Shown: positions 30,123 through 40,609, counted from the stretch's first letter. The stretch: 64,000 nt of DNA from Nitrososphaerota archaeon (GCA_041641295.1 JBEPYO010000001.1:96001-160000), one strand, 5' to 3'. The notes: a model not told the origin generated them from the letters alone. Numbers and translations: made by a program.

Positions 30123-30181
30123 CCCAGAGTGGTTAGTTGTTCTTAATTTAAATAGGGCTGGGTGAAAAATTATCCGGTAGA

Positions 30182-31567
30182 ATGTCCGAGGCTAGTGAAT
30201 CAAGGGAGTATCAGATGCTGCTCGAGGATCTGAGAGTCAGGGGGCTGAAGAGCTATAGGACTCTTGAATATGTGACTAACCCGCTATATGTTAAACACCA
30301 CGAGAAGTTGTCAGTAGATGATGAGTGGATTAGGTCCATAAGAGGTTCGAGGGATGACAAACTTCCCGAACGTTTTAAACCCCTTCTAGAGAAGCATGAC
30401 GAACCGGTTGCAATCCACTTAACAGGAAGGACAGTTACAGTGAATGTTCCTGAGGAGTTGGCCGAGAAAGGTGTTGTGGTGGAGACTTTGTGGGATGCTC
30501 TAAGACGTCGACCCGAGCTGGTTGAGAAGATGTTGTCAGAATATTGCATTAGGCCTGAGGAGGATAAGCTGGTGGGACTAATCTACAGCGCGATAAACTC
30601 TGGCATGGTGGTACATATCCCCGATAAGTTGAGCGAAGAGGTGAAGGTCAGGCTCATTTGGTTAACTGGAGAAGATAAGGGGGTAACCTCCGCTATTACT
30701 CTAATCCATGCCGGGGCTGACTCGCAAGTATCTGTGTTGGAGGAGCATTACTCGTATGGGAGTGGTGAGAAGTCCTTTGTGGGCCATATCATCGCAATCT
30801 TCGGAGGAGAAAACTCCTCAGTTAAACACGCGCTCTTCAACAACCTCTCAAGCAACACAGAGGTGGCAATATACAGGCGCTCATACATCATGAACTATGC
30901 CTCCCAGACGTGGATTGGCGCAAACCTTGGGGGCGGCGTCACCAAATCCCACATCGACAACATATTGTTGGGTAATGGGGCTCGTGCCGATACTCTAGAG
31001 GTTACAATGGCTTCAGGGTCTCAGAGGTTCGATGTAACAGCGAACTTGATTCATAAAGGAGAGGGGACGACCGGCAGGGTGATGGTGAAGGGATTGGGGC
31101 TTGACACTTCGCGAATAATCTTCAAAGGCATCATCAGGATTGAGAGGAGCGCTAAGAACACAAGCGCTTATCTGGCTGAGCACGCAATGCTCCTCAGCCC
31201 CGGCGCTAGAGCAGACGCGATACCAGGACTCGAGATAGAGAGCGACAATGTTAAAGCAACACACTCGGCGAGCGTGAGTCAGGTGGACCCAGACCACGTC
31301 TGGTATCTGATGACGCGGGGCTTAAGCCAAGAGGAGGCGGTCAGACTGATTGCAATGGGCTTCTTTGAGCCTGTAATAAGCCAGATAGACGTCTCGGAGG
31401 TCAGGTGGAGCATGAGGCACATGCTCGAGAACAAATGGCAGAGGCGTGGCGAGAAAGAAATAGACTTGGAAACGCTGATGGACATATATGTCGAGCCCGA
31501 AGATGTAGGGAAGAAACCCGAAGACATCTTCGGAACGCACTACAAGTATGTGTATGGTAAAGGTTAG
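30182..31567 (+). CDS. sufD: SufD-like Fe-S cluster assembly protein (SufBD family)
   Basis: Beta-helix region, ADAIPGLEI..DNVKATHSAS, YLMTRGL...A..LI..GF. Confidence 0.88.
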   Translation: MSEASESREYQMLLEDLRVRGLKSYRTLEYVTNPLYVKHHEKLSVDDEWIRSIRGSRDDKLPERFKPLLEKHDEPVAIHLTGRTVTVNVPEELAEKGVVVETLWDALRRRPELVEKMLSEYCIRPEEDKLVGLIYSAINSGMVVHIPDKLSEEVKVRLIWLTGEDKGVTSAITLIHAGADSQVSVLEEHYSYGSGEKSFVGHIIAIFGGENSSVKHALFNNLSSNTEVAIYRRSYIMNYASQTWIGANLGGGVTKSHIDNILLGNGARADTLEVTMASGSQRFDVTANLIHKGEGTTGRVMVKGLGLDTSRIIFKGIIRIERSAKNTSAYLAEHAMLLSPGARADAIPGLEIESDNVKATHSASVSQVDPDHVWYLMTRGLSQEEAVRLIAMGFFEPVISQIDVSEVRWSMRHMLENKWQRRGEKEIDLETLMDIYVEPEDVGKKPEDIFGTHYKYVYGKG

Positions 31568-31655
31568 ACCTGCCTCACGCGACAGATATTATTCTCACCG
31601 CGGATACGAGTAATGTCTATATAAACCCACACCATTCAATGACGAAAAACGGATA

Positions 31656-34600
31656 ATGGTTTACATCAAGCGAATCACGATTCAGGGTTTTAAGTCCTTT
31701 GGTCCTAAGAGGGTCGTTATAAAGCCTGAGAAGGGGTTCGTTGTCATCACGGGACCTAATGGCGGCGGTAAAAGCAACGTTTTAGACGCGATAAAGTTTA
31801 GCCTCGGGGAGCTGAGCAACAACGCCCTGAGGGTGGGAAAGCTCTCAGACCTCATACACGAGAATAATGGCCGGCGCCTAGGCCAAGCCACAGTAACCCT
31901 AGCGCTCGACAACACAGACAGGGCGCTTCCCCTAGACACCGATGAGGTGACCATCTCCAGAACGATTCTCAGCAGCGGAGAGAGCGTCTACAGGGTTAAT
32001 GGAAAGACTGTTTCAAGGAACGAGCTTCTATCCATCTTAGCCGCGGCAAACATCAGGCCTAGCGGGTTCAACATCATAACCCAAGGGGCGGTTCTAAGCA
32101 TCGCTGAAAAAAGCCCAGAAGAGTTGCGTAAAATTATAGACGAGGTCGCGGGCGTCTCAGAGTTTGATCGCCGCAAGGCAGAGGCTATGAAGGAGCTTGA
32201 GGTCGCTGAGAAGAATGTGGCCATTGCGCGGGCGGGCCTGAGCGAGTTGCGGAGCAGGGTTAAGCAGCTAGAGCTGGAGATGAGCAGGCTATCTAGAAAC
32301 CAGCTCATCTCGAGATACCTCTCACAGCTCAGAAGGCAGAAGCTTCTGGAAGAACTCAAAGAACTGGACGGCAAGGTTTTATCCCTAGAAGACGAGGAGC
32401 GCGCACTCGAAGAGGAGCGGGCAAGAGTTTCACGAGACGTTGAAAACCTGCTAAGGGAGAGACAGGACAAGCTCCTGCAAGCTAAAAACGTGGAGGCCGA
32501 GCTAGCCGAGATTCAAAACAGGATAAACAGCATGAGGCTAACACACCAAGGTCAAGGAACATCCCTTGAATCCATCAAGTCATCCATCAGGAATGATGGC
32601 ACCAGATACTCCAAGTTGAAACAAGAGATTCGCGAATACTCGAAAAGAATCCAGGCAATGAAGCTGGAAATCAATGTGCTTGAACAGGAATATGTAGAAG
32701 TTGAAAAGAGCTACCGCCAAAACCTAAGCGAACTTGAAGAACTAGAACGTCTCTTGAAGGATCTTAAAGATCAGAGATCTGGGCTACTTAACTCGCTGAA
32801 GAAATGGCGGGATGCGATCACCTCTGTTGAGGCTCAGCGATCTAACTTGATGAAAGAGTTAAACCAAATAGAGGCCAAAATATCTCTGACCGAGCAGAGA
32901 ATCAGCGAAGTCTCTCAAAGAATTGCAGAATATGAAAAAACACTCGAGAGAATCTCGTCTGATAGGAGTGTTATAGAAGCCGAGCTTAGCCGTAGTCGTG
33001 AGACTCTTGAGGAACTTGGCAATCGTTTAGCACAGTTAAACAATAACCTACAGATGCTCTCAAGAAGGATACAGGGCTATGAGGCCTTAGATAACGAGAT
33101 CAGGACTCGCGTTGAGGATCTGTTGAAGATGAGAGCGGAGGTTGAGGGTGCTCTGGCGGCTGTAGGCCTAGGTGAAATGCTTGAAGACAATTCTAAAGAT
33201 GGATCATCTCCAATCCACTCTAAACCCTTAAGGCTCAGAGACCTAATCCAGAGCCTCAACCCTCAACGCTTGGAACTCTCAACATACATTCTAGACTATC
33301 TGGACGCGTTGGTCGTTGAGGAAGATAGGCTCGCCTTAGCCCTCGCTAAAACTGCGGCTGCAAAGGGTGTTAGGCTGTCAGTGATTAGCCTCGAAGGAGC
33401 CGGGAAAAGAGGCTGCGGCGGCACCAACTGCCTAGCCTGCACGCTTGCGGGACAAAACACCCGGCTGAGAGATATACTCCACTCAATCTTTCCAAGACAT
33501 GTTCTAAGCGCTGATAGTGTGCCCGAGCAAGGTCAGCCAACCGTAACTCAGGATGGCATACACTATAACGGGTTTGGGGTGTTCACGGTTCTAGCAGAGG
33601 TGGGCTTAAAGAAGAGGTTAGATAAGCTCCGGGCAGAATTAGAGGAGACCATAAAGGCTGTTGAAGAGGTGGGAGCGGAGTGTGCTGCCACCCTCAGCAA
33701 GTTGAGGGAGGAGTATAGACTGGCTGAGGAAGAGGTAGCGAATACCATCATTCAGAGACGAGAGGCTGAGGCGCGTATAAGAAGCCTGTCCCAGAGGCTT
33801 GAGGAGCTACGCGAAGAGGAAAAGAGGGTGACAGAGAGGGTTAAGGGCCTGAGAAGCGAGCTGTCAAACCTAGAGGGTCAACGGAACAATCTCTTCGAGA
33901 ATCTTGAGAAGGTTAGAAAGAGGTTAGACGAGATTAAAGAGCCCGAATCCGTTGAGACCGGAACCCTCCAAGCCCAGCTAGAAGATCTAAACTCCAAGAT
34001 TAACGCCCTCGAGCGTAGGGTTGGGGAAGTGAGCTCTACTATCAGGTCTCTCAGAGAGCGGCTAGAAAGGAATGAGAATAGTCGCAACCAGATAGTCGTT
34101 AGGATAGGACAAGCTGAGAGGGATCTTGAGAGGTTGTGGCGAGAGGCTGAGGAGTCTAAGAGGAGATTGGCTAGTTATGCGCGGCTCTACTTGGAGTCTT
34201 GGAGAAAGTCCTCAGAAGAGGGTGATGAGCTCAGCGTATTGTCAAGGAGGGTTTCTGAGCTGCTTAAAGTTCGGGGGGCTTTAAGCGAAGAGCTGGCCGT
34301 CCTCGAGAACAGGATTGAAGAGGGGAGGACAAGGCTACTATCGATCGAGACGCGGGCACGGAACCTTGCAGTAGCTCGTGTGGAGCTGAGCATGAGGAGG
34401 AACTCTATATTTGAGCGGCTATCCTCTATGACTGAGCCACCTCTAGAGGATTTATCGCTTCTCCCCCGCGAGCTTAAAGAGAGCATTGAGAAGGAGTTAG
34501 AGGTCGAGTTGAGTGAAATAGGTATGGTGAATCAGCTCGCATCTATGCAGTATTCAGAGCAAATAGTAGAGTATAGGAGCCGCTCGGGGAACGTGGCTCT

Positions 34601-35117
34601 GCTCGAGGAGGAGAGGAGGAAGATACTCGAGATATTGGAGATGCTTGATGCGAAGAAGCTGGAGGTCTTCATGAAGACGTTCAACAAGGTCTCTGAAGGG
34701 TTTGGCAAGTATTTCACGGCCCTAACTGGTGGCACGGCGTGGCTCGAGTTCTCAGACCCAGAAAACCCCCTCCAGTCAGGGGTTGAAATGGTTGTCGCTT
34801 TCCCCGGCAAATCCCCCAGGCCCTCCAAGAGTATTAGCGGAGGGGAGAAATCGGTCGCGGCAGTAGCACTCCTAATGGCGTTCCAAGGTCTAACTCCGGC
34901 TGACTTCTTAATAATGGATGAGGTTGACGCCCACATGGATGCAAACTATAGCAAGAACTTGGCCTCCCTTTTGAAGGAGTTCTCCAAGAGGGCGCAGGTC
35001 ATAGCGGTCAGTCTGAAGGATGTTATCGCTGAGAAGGGGGATCAGCTTATAGGGGTCTATAATCAGGGGGGTGAGTCTAGAATTGTTGTCACGAGGTTCG
35101 AGGAAAGTCAAGCCTGA
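31656..35117 (+). CDS. smc: Chromosome segregation ATPase SMC
   Basis: GFKSF, Walker A GPNGGGKSN, Q-loop TQG, long coiled coils, central hinge, SGGEKS signature, Walker B DEVDAHMD. Confidence 0.95.
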   Translation: MVYIKRITIQGFKSFGPKRVVIKPEKGFVVITGPNGGGKSNVLDAIKFSLGELSNNALRVGKLSDLIHENNGRRLGQATVTLALDNTDRALPLDTDEVTISRTILSSGESVYRVNGKTVSRNELLSILAAANIRPSGFNIITQGAVLSIAEKSPEELRKIIDEVAGVSEFDRRKAEAMKELEVAEKNVAIARAGLSELRSRVKQLELEMSRLSRNQLISRYLSQLRRQKLLEELKELDGKVLSLEDEERALEEERARVSRDVENLLRERQDKLLQAKNVEAELAEIQNRINSMRLTHQGQGTSLESIKSSIRNDGTRYSKLKQEIREYSKRIQAMKLEINVLEQEYVEVEKSYRQNLSELEELERLLKDLKDQRSGLLNSLKKWRDAITSVEAQRSNLMKELNQIEAKISLTEQRISEVSQRIAEYEKTLERISSDRSVIEAELSRSRETLEELGNRLAQLNNNLQMLSRRIQGYEALDNEIRTRVEDLLKMRAEVEGALAAVGLGEMLEDNSKDGSSPIHSKPLRLRDLIQSLNPQRLELSTYILDYLDALVVEEDRLALALAKTAAAKGVRLSVISLEGAGKRGCGGTNCLACTLAGQNTRLRDILHSIFPRHVLSADSVPEQGQPTVTQDGIHYNGFGVFTVLAEVGLKKRLDKLRAELEETIKAVEEVGAECAATLSKLREEYRLAEEEVANTIIQRREAEARIRSLSQRLEELREEEKRVTERVKGLRSELSNLEGQRNNLFENLEKVRKRLDEIKEPESVETGTLQAQLEDLNSKINALERRVGEVSSTIRSLRERLERNENSRNQIVVRIGQAERDLERLWREAEESKRRLASYARLYLESWRKSSEEGDELSVLSRRVSELLKVRGALSEELAVLENRIEEGRTRLLSIETRARNLAVARVELSMRRNSIFERLSSMTEPPLEDLSLLPRELKESIEKELEVELSEIGMVNQLASMQYSEQIVEYRSRSGNVALLEEERRKILEILEMLDAKKLEVFMKTFNKVSEGFGKYFTALTGGTAWLEFSDPENPLQSGVEMVVAFPGKSPRPSKSISGGEKSVAAVALLMAFQGLTPADFLIMDEVDAHMDANYSKNLASLLKEFSKRAQVIAVSLKDVIAEKGDQLIGVYNQGGESRIVVTRFEESQA

Positions 35118-35748
35118 GGATATTGACTGGCATATTCTTTTAGCAGTTCATCTGCTCAGTAAGTCAATTATACTCCGGCTTAACCTGATTTCAATCCTCG
35201 CGCAGTTTAGAGAGGTGGTTTCCTCCGAGCAGCTAACCCTTCCGCAGGAGGGAGTGGCGCTCTGGGGGGCTTCATACATCCACCGCCTGAGGTCTGAGCA
35301 CCTTTTCCAGCCCGCGAGGGAGTCTGAGGATAGGCCGAAGCCCAACCTAATTGTGCCGCCCTTAATAGACATTCCGGTTAAACCCGGAATGCTCTCAACG
35401 ACCATCCTAGAGATAGTCAGCGCCCTGAGAGCGGTCATGGAGTCTGCTACACCCACGCCGGCGACCACAAGTATGCTACAGACCGACATAAACCTGGACA
35501 GATATCTGGTCAAGATTGAGGAGGAGATCGAAGACTTCATAAAATTCCTCGAAAACCTCCTCTCCGAGGCTGATACCCTCCCGTTAGTCGAGCTCTTCCG
35601 AGGGGTGGATAGGCTTGAGGCCGCTAGGAGGTTTATCTTCCTACTCATCGCAGCTGGTCGGGGTGTGGTGGAGCTTTACGAGGATGAGCAGACAGGCCGT
35701 ATATTCTTGAGGTGGAGGGGGGCTAATGTCCAAGAAAGCCAGGCATGA
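35071..35748 (+). CDS. scpA: Kleisin ScpA (divergent)
   Basis: Lies between smc and scpB; P.DID N-terminal motif, C-terminal winged helix RRFIFLLIAAGRGVVELYED. Confidence 0.75.
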   Translation: MSLELLSRGSRKVKPEDIDWHILLAVHLLSKSIILRLNLISILAQFREVVSSEQLTLPQEGVALWGASYIHRLRSEHLFQPARESEDRPKPNLIVPPLIDIPVKPGMLSTTILEIVSALRAVMESATPTPATTSMLQTDINLDRYLVKIEEEIEDFIKFLENLLSEADTLPLVELFRGVDRLEAARRFIFLLIAAGRGVVELYEDEQTGRIFLRWRGANVQESQA

Positions 35749-36310
35749 GGCCGAGGGGCGGAGTGAGGCGCTCGCCAAGCCCATAATAGAGGCAGCTCTA
35801 TTCCTGAGTGACAGGCCACTTACACTGGAGAGGCTCCGATCGCTCTCTGGCTTAAAGAGTAGGAAGAGCGTGGAGGCGGTCCTCGAGGAGCTGAGAAGGG
35901 AGTATGAAGAGTCTGGGAGGGCGTTCACAATCTCTAGGTTTAGGGGGGAGAGGTTTATGATGCATGTTAAGCCCGAATGGCTTGCACTGGTGAAAAGGCA
36001 TGTGGGCAGGGCGGTGCTGGGTGTTGGGGTTCTCAGGACGCTCTCATTCATTGCCTATCACCAGCCCGTGGACAAGGCTACCGTGGCCGCGGTTAGGGGC
36101 GGCCGGGCTTATGCCCAGATCAGAGAGTTGGTTGAGCGCGGGTTAGTCGAGATAGAGAAGAAGGGTCGCACATCCCTGCTAAGGACGACAAAGCTCTTCG
36201 CAGAGCTTTTAGGCGTGGAGGACAACCCCGCCGCCATAAGGCGGAAGATACAGGAGGCCATGCCTCAACCAGCAGACCAGCCAACAACCGGTGAAGGAAA
36301 TAATCCCTAG
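35726..36310 (+). CDS. scpB: Segregation and condensation protein ScpB
   Basis: IEAALF..RPL, LRTLSFIAYHQPV, VRG, TTKLF. Confidence 0.93.
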   Translation: MSKKARHEAEGRSEALAKPIIEAALFLSDRPLTLERLRSLSGLKSRKSVEAVLEELRREYEESGRAFTISRFRGERFMMHVKPEWLALVKRHVGRAVLGVGVLRTLSFIAYHQPVDKATVAAVRGGRAYAQIRELVERGLVEIEKKGRTSLLRTTKLFAELLGVEDNPAAIRRKIQEAMPQPADQPTTGEGNNP

Positions 36311-36370
36311 AGCTGGGGGAATAAATCTATCAGGCACCAAATACACGAGTTCAACACGGCAGGATAGGAG

Positions 36371-36937
36371 TTGTCAAGCCCTCAGACACGATTCATATCA
36401 CGTATCCCGCTGGAGAGGGTCGCAGTATTAGTTGGGACTGGAGGACGGGTAAAGAAAGAGATCGAGGAGAGGCTGGGCGTGTCGCTCAAAATAGACTCTA
36501 GGGAGGGCATAGTTGAGATAGCACCGAAGCCCGAGGCCGGCAGGAATTGGGACCCGGTAAACCTCTTCAAGGCGAGAGACATTGTTGAGGCCATCGGCTT
36601 CGGCTTCAGCCCTGACCGAGCGATGGCTCTGGCACAGGACGACATGGTCCTATCAGTCATTGATTTAACGACCTACACGGGCAAAGATAAGGAAGACATG
36701 ACAAGAATTAAGGCTCGGATAATAGGCTCCGGAGGGAAGACTCGAAGAATAATTGAAGAGACGGCGCATGTCTACGTCTCGGTTGGTCAAGACACTGTAG
36801 CCATCATAGGGAGTACGAGGGATGTGGAGGCTGCTAAGGAGGCGGTCGAGATGCTGATCAACGGCGCACCCCACAGCTCGGTATACAAGTTCCTAGATGG
36901 GTACGCCCAGAAGAGGAAGTTCACACGGTTCTACTGA
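36371..36937 (+). CDS. KH-domain rRNA processing protein (Dim2/Pno1 homolog)
   Basis: IP.ERVAVLVGTGG, AIGFGFSP, RIKARIIGSGGKTR, GAPHSSVY. Confidence 0.93.
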   Translation: MSSPQTRFISRIPLERVAVLVGTGGRVKKEIEERLGVSLKIDSREGIVEIAPKPEAGRNWDPVNLFKARDIVEAIGFGFSPDRAMALAQDDMVLSVIDLTTYTGKDKEDMTRIKARIIGSGGKTRRIIEETAHVYVSVGQDTVAIIGSTRDVEAAKEAVEMLINGAPHSSVYKFLDGYAQKRKFTRFY

Positions 36938-37047
36938 GCGGTCTATGCCCCACTAAACGGCAGAACCAGCCCTATTGGCTCAAAGGGTATTTTCGCCGCT
37001 TCCCGATGGGCATGAATCTATTAGGAGGTCGGAGAAAATATTGTTAG

Positions 37048-38634
37048 ATGGTTGAAGTAAAGTTTGAGCAGATCTCGCCGGCAGACTTCTTCTACCGTAA
37101 CCGAGACATAGCGGGGTTCAGCAGTCCGGCCAGATCTCTGTACATGAGCATCAGGGAGCTTGTAGAGAACTCCCTAGATGCATGTGAGGTGGGTAAAATA
37201 CTTCCCGAGATCTCGATCGAGCTAACTTCAGAGGGTGGCGAGGGTGAGAGTGGAAACGAGATATACCGTCTGGTTGTCAGGGACAACGGTATAGGTGTAG
37301 ATGGAGACAATATTCCCAAAGCCTTTGGCACAATCCTCTACGGAAGTAAATACGGCTTCAAGCAGTCTAGGGGGACATTCGGCGTTGGCGGGACAATGGC
37401 TCTACTATACGGGCAGATAACTACTAACAGGCCCTTCAAGATAATCTCGAGCCGGGGGAAGGGGAAGATATACGAGTACCAATTAATGATTGACATCGTT
37501 TCCAACGAGCCCCGTATAATCGATAAAAAAGTCATCGAGAACAATGATGGCTGGCATGGAACTATTGTAGACTTCACACTGGAGGCGGACTATAGTACGA
37601 GTAAACCCAAGATAGTAGAGTATCTAAAGATGACTTCTCTCATTAATCCACACGCTAACATCTCCTTCATAGACCCTAAGGGTCGCTTCTACTTCTTTAG
37701 GCGCGTCACCGAACAGGTTCCAGAGCCGCCTAAGGAGGCTAAGCCACATCCACAGGGGGTGGACGCGGAGACGGTGAGCAGGATTGCGGCCGAGACTAAG
37801 GCTAGGAGCGTGTTGAGGATGCTTGTTGAGGAGTTCCAGAGGGTTGGTGAGAAAACCGCGATGGATGTCCTGAAGCTTGCGGGCGTAGACCCTCATACGA
37901 GACCTCGGGATCTGACGCATGAACAGGTTGCCCAGCTCGTTAACGTGATGAGGAACTATCAGGGCTTTAGGGCCCCTGACACGTCCTCCCTATCTCCAGT
38001 GGGAGTGTCTTTCCTTGAGGCTGGTGTAAAGTCCCTGTTTAAGCCCGAGTTCTACCACATTGTCCAGAGACCACCATCGAGCTATTCGGGGATACCTTTT
38101 ATCGTAGAGGTGGCAGTGGCATGGGGTGGCACAATACCGCCCACGGAAGATATACACCTGTACCGCTTCGCCAATAAGATCCCACTCCTCTACGATGAGA
38201 GGGCAGATGTCTCATGGAAGGTGATATCTGAGAAAATCGACTGGGCTGCCTACAAGGTGCCTAAACAGGCCCCGCTCGCGGTTATAACTAGTATATGCTC
38301 GCCCAAAGTCCCCTACAAGACGGTAGGTAAGGAGGCGATAGCCGACAGGCCTGAGATCGAGAGGGAACTGACACTCGCGGTAAGAGAGTGTGCCAGATTC
38401 CTTAGAGGCTACCTAAGCAGACTTGAGAAGAAGGAGGCTGTGAAGAAGAGGCTGAACATTTACGCCAGATACCTCCCCAAAATTGCGAAATTCTCTGCAG
38501 AGCTTGCAGATAAAGAGCCGCCTCAGATAAAGAACCTTCTGAAGAAAATTGGAGTGACAGACGAGATGTTGAAGGAGGCTGCGAGGCTTGAGGCTGAAGA
38601 GGCAGAGCAGCTATACGAGTCTACTCCAAGCTAG
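37048..38634 (+). CDS. top6B: DNA topoisomerase VI subunit B
   Basis: SPADFFYRN, ELVENSLDA, DNGIG, QSRGTFG.G, RFANKIPLLYD. Confidence 0.98.
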   Translation: MVEVKFEQISPADFFYRNRDIAGFSSPARSLYMSIRELVENSLDACEVGKILPEISIELTSEGGEGESGNEIYRLVVRDNGIGVDGDNIPKAFGTILYGSKYGFKQSRGTFGVGGTMALLYGQITTNRPFKIISSRGKGKIYEYQLMIDIVSNEPRIIDKKVIENNDGWHGTIVDFTLEADYSTSKPKIVEYLKMTSLINPHANISFIDPKGRFYFFRRVTEQVPEPPKEAKPHPQGVDAETVSRIAAETKARSVLRMLVEEFQRVGEKTAMDVLKLAGVDPHTRPRDLTHEQVAQLVNVMRNYQGFRAPDTSSLSPVGVSFLEAGVKSLFKPEFYHIVQRPPSSYSGIPFIVEVAVAWGGTIPPTEDIHLYRFANKIPLLYDERADVSWKVISEKIDWAAYKVPKQAPLAVITSICSPKVPYKTVGKEAIADRPEIERELTLAVRECARFLRGYLSRLEKKEAVKKRLNIYARYLPKIAKFSAELADKEPPQIKNLLKKIGVTDEMLKEAARLEAEEAEQLYESTPS

Positions 38635-38673
38635 GTAGTAGGACTCGTTGAAGGTGTTGGCTTGGGTCTAGAC

Positions 38674-39189
38674 ATGGTCCCCCGCGTTGGGCTAATCCTA
38701 GTGGGGCATGGCGAGCCGCCGAGAGACCTCCCCCGACACACTATTAGGAAGTATTTCGAGCTGTTAGAGAAGAGGCGAACGGAAGAGGAGGATAAGCTTT
38801 TCCAACGTCTGGAGGAGGAGATAGTCAATAGGCAGAGGACGCCTGAGAACGACCCTTACTTCTATGGCTTAGTGGCGGTAGCAGAAGAGCTGAAGAGGTT
38901 GCAGAGATTCAAACAAGTTTGGGTTGCCTTCAATGAATTCTGTAGACCTACGCTGCTGGAGGCCCTCAGAGAGGCATGCGAATCGGAAGTTGACGTAATA
39001 GTTGTGGCTACTGTCATGTTGACGCGGGGCGGACACCACTCTGAGGAGGAAATACCTTCCACCATTGAGCAGGCCAAGACATTCTGTAAGAAGCCGATAA
39101 TCTATGTCTGGCCTATTGACCCGACAGACTTCGCGCAATTCCTTCTAAGCCAAGTTGAGAAGGCCTTGACGAGAAACCTGTCTGCCTAG
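38674..39189 (+). CDS. CbiX/SirB-family sirohydrochlorin chelatase (single domain)
   Basis: LVGHG, AFNEFCRPT, MLTRGGHHSEEEIP. Confidence 0.85.
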   Translation: MVPRVGLILVGHGEPPRDLPRHTIRKYFELLEKRRTEEEDKLFQRLEEEIVNRQRTPENDPYFYGLVAVAEELKRLQRFKQVWVAFNEFCRPTLLEALREACESEVDVIVVATVMLTRGGHHSEEEIPSTIEQAKTFCKKPIIYVWPIDPTDFAQFLLSQVEKALTRNLSA

Positions 39190-39854
39190 AGCGTGTCTAA
39201 ATGAACGTGGGCGTGTCTTTCATGTAGCTCTACGAGGGCGCAGTATCCCTCTTTGGCTGGGCCGGCATTTACGACGGGTATTTCACCCAGATATGATATC
39301 CCCCTCGCCTCGTGGACATGTCCGCAGCATACGACGATCGGCTTATAACGCTCAATGAACCTTCTAATGGACGCGCTCCCCAAGTCCACGCCTGACCCTG
39401 CCCTTGAGACCTCAACACCTGTCGGAGGGTTATGTGAGACGAGAACCCAGTCAGTCAACCCCTCACCCACCAACCCCCTCAATAGTTCCTCAAGCTCATC
39501 CTCACTGAACTCAATCCACGTACCTCGGTGTGGTGTAGTTTTACTACCACCAACCCCCACGAATGTGTAGCCTGAAAGCTGGGTTTTCTTGGCGTGTATG
39601 TTGAAGAGGTTTTGGGATCTAGGGCTGTGGGTGATCAACTGTGGGGGGTCGCAGTTGCCAGGCACAAAGAGGACAGGCGCGCCCGCGTCTTCCGCGATCG
39701 CTGATAAGATCTTTTCAGCCTCTTCTACTGAGCCGAAGTTAGTGATGTCGCCTACAGCAAGAACAGCGTCAGCCCCCACTTGCTTTGCCTTCCTCCCCAC
39801 CATTGCCGCACCTCTACTAGACCCGTGAATATCGCTTACCTGCAGTATTATCAT
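39186..39854 (-). CDS. Calcineurin-like metallophosphoesterase
   Basis: SDIHG, GDIT, PGNCD, SHNPP, CGHVHE. Confidence 0.92.
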   Translation of the reverse strand: MIILQVSDIHGSSRGAAMVGRKAKQVGADAVLAVGDITNFGSVEEAEKILSAIAEDAGAPVLFVPGNCDPPQLITHSPRSQNLFNIHAKKTQLSGYTFVGVGGSKTTPHRGTWIEFSEDELEELLRGLVGEGLTDWVLVSHNPPTGVEVSRAGSGVDLGSASIRRFIERYKPIVVCCGHVHEARGISYLGEIPVVNAGPAKEGYCALVELHERHAHVHLDTL

Positions 39855-39876
39855 GACATTGGGAAATTGTCGGGCT

Positions 39877-40530
39877 TCAATATATTAATGATGCTCTACC
39901 ACGTTCACGGATAGTCTCATACTGGAGCAGTGCCTCTAGTGCCAGTTTCTTGAGGGCTGCCTTCAAGTATCTGTATACTGTGGACTTTGAGAGACCGAGT
40001 TCAGATGCAACTTCCGAGAGAGTACACTCACGCGGGCTGTTGAAGTAGCCCATCTTCATAGCTGTGACAAGCACGAGATACTGCTTTCGTGTAAGATCTC
40101 TCGGAAGAATGAGGTTAGACTCCTCCACCACTTCAACATCTTTCCCGGCCGCGGCCAGACTCTGCAAAATCCTTTTAGAAACGCGTGGGCTAGGCGTTAT
40201 CAGGTTAAAGATTATCCCAGTCTTCGGTATGTAAATGGCCTGCCTCGGTATGCAGGGTGTCTTGGAGATTACTTTACAGGCCGTGCAGCTGGGTGACTCG
40301 ATAAGCAGGAGGCCGCTCGAGAGGCGATATACAGAAGAGCCGGGGACCTTAAGATTCCGTCCCTTCACACCCCCGTCGCTCCGGGTTAGCTGGATAAGAT
40401 GGGTGGAGCAGGTCTCACCACATCTCAGATGCTTAAAAACCCCCTCAATCGACCCCGTCTCGAGAAGGCGGCAAACTTTACAGTCGGTATTACGGACTAG
40501 GATCAAGGTCCGAAAGGGGTAACCGGTCAT
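39877..40530 (-). CDS. Transcriptional regulator with Cys-rich N-terminal domain and C-terminal HTH-10 (Bat-type)
   Basis: LTRKQ..VL..A.KMGYF..PR...L.EVA.ELGLSKST HTH; CKVC, CGETC, CTAC motifs. Confidence 0.88.
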   Translation of the reverse strand: MTGYPFRTLILVRNTDCKVCRLLETGSIEGVFKHLRCGETCSTHLIQLTRSDGGVKGRNLKVPGSSVYRLSSGLLLIESPSCTACKVISKTPCIPRQAIYIPKTGIIFNLITPSPRVSKRILQSLAAAGKDVEVVEESNLILPRDLTRKQYLVLVTAMKMGYFNSPRECTLSEVASELGLSKSTVYRYLKAALKKLALEALLQYETIRERGRASLIY

Positions 40531-40609
40531 CTGGACCCTATATAAGGGGTGGAATATTTAATTCCTCCCTCTAATCGACGATTTTTGACCCGCTCGCTCT
40601 ATTAAATTG

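Noticed and set aside
31988-34936. Several Ser/Leu-rich minus-strand ORFs within smc, and similar shadow ORFs elsewhere (e.g. 51561-51863, 35148-35648)
   Set aside because: Antisense shadows of Glu/Arg/Lys-rich coding sequence with no independent coding signal.
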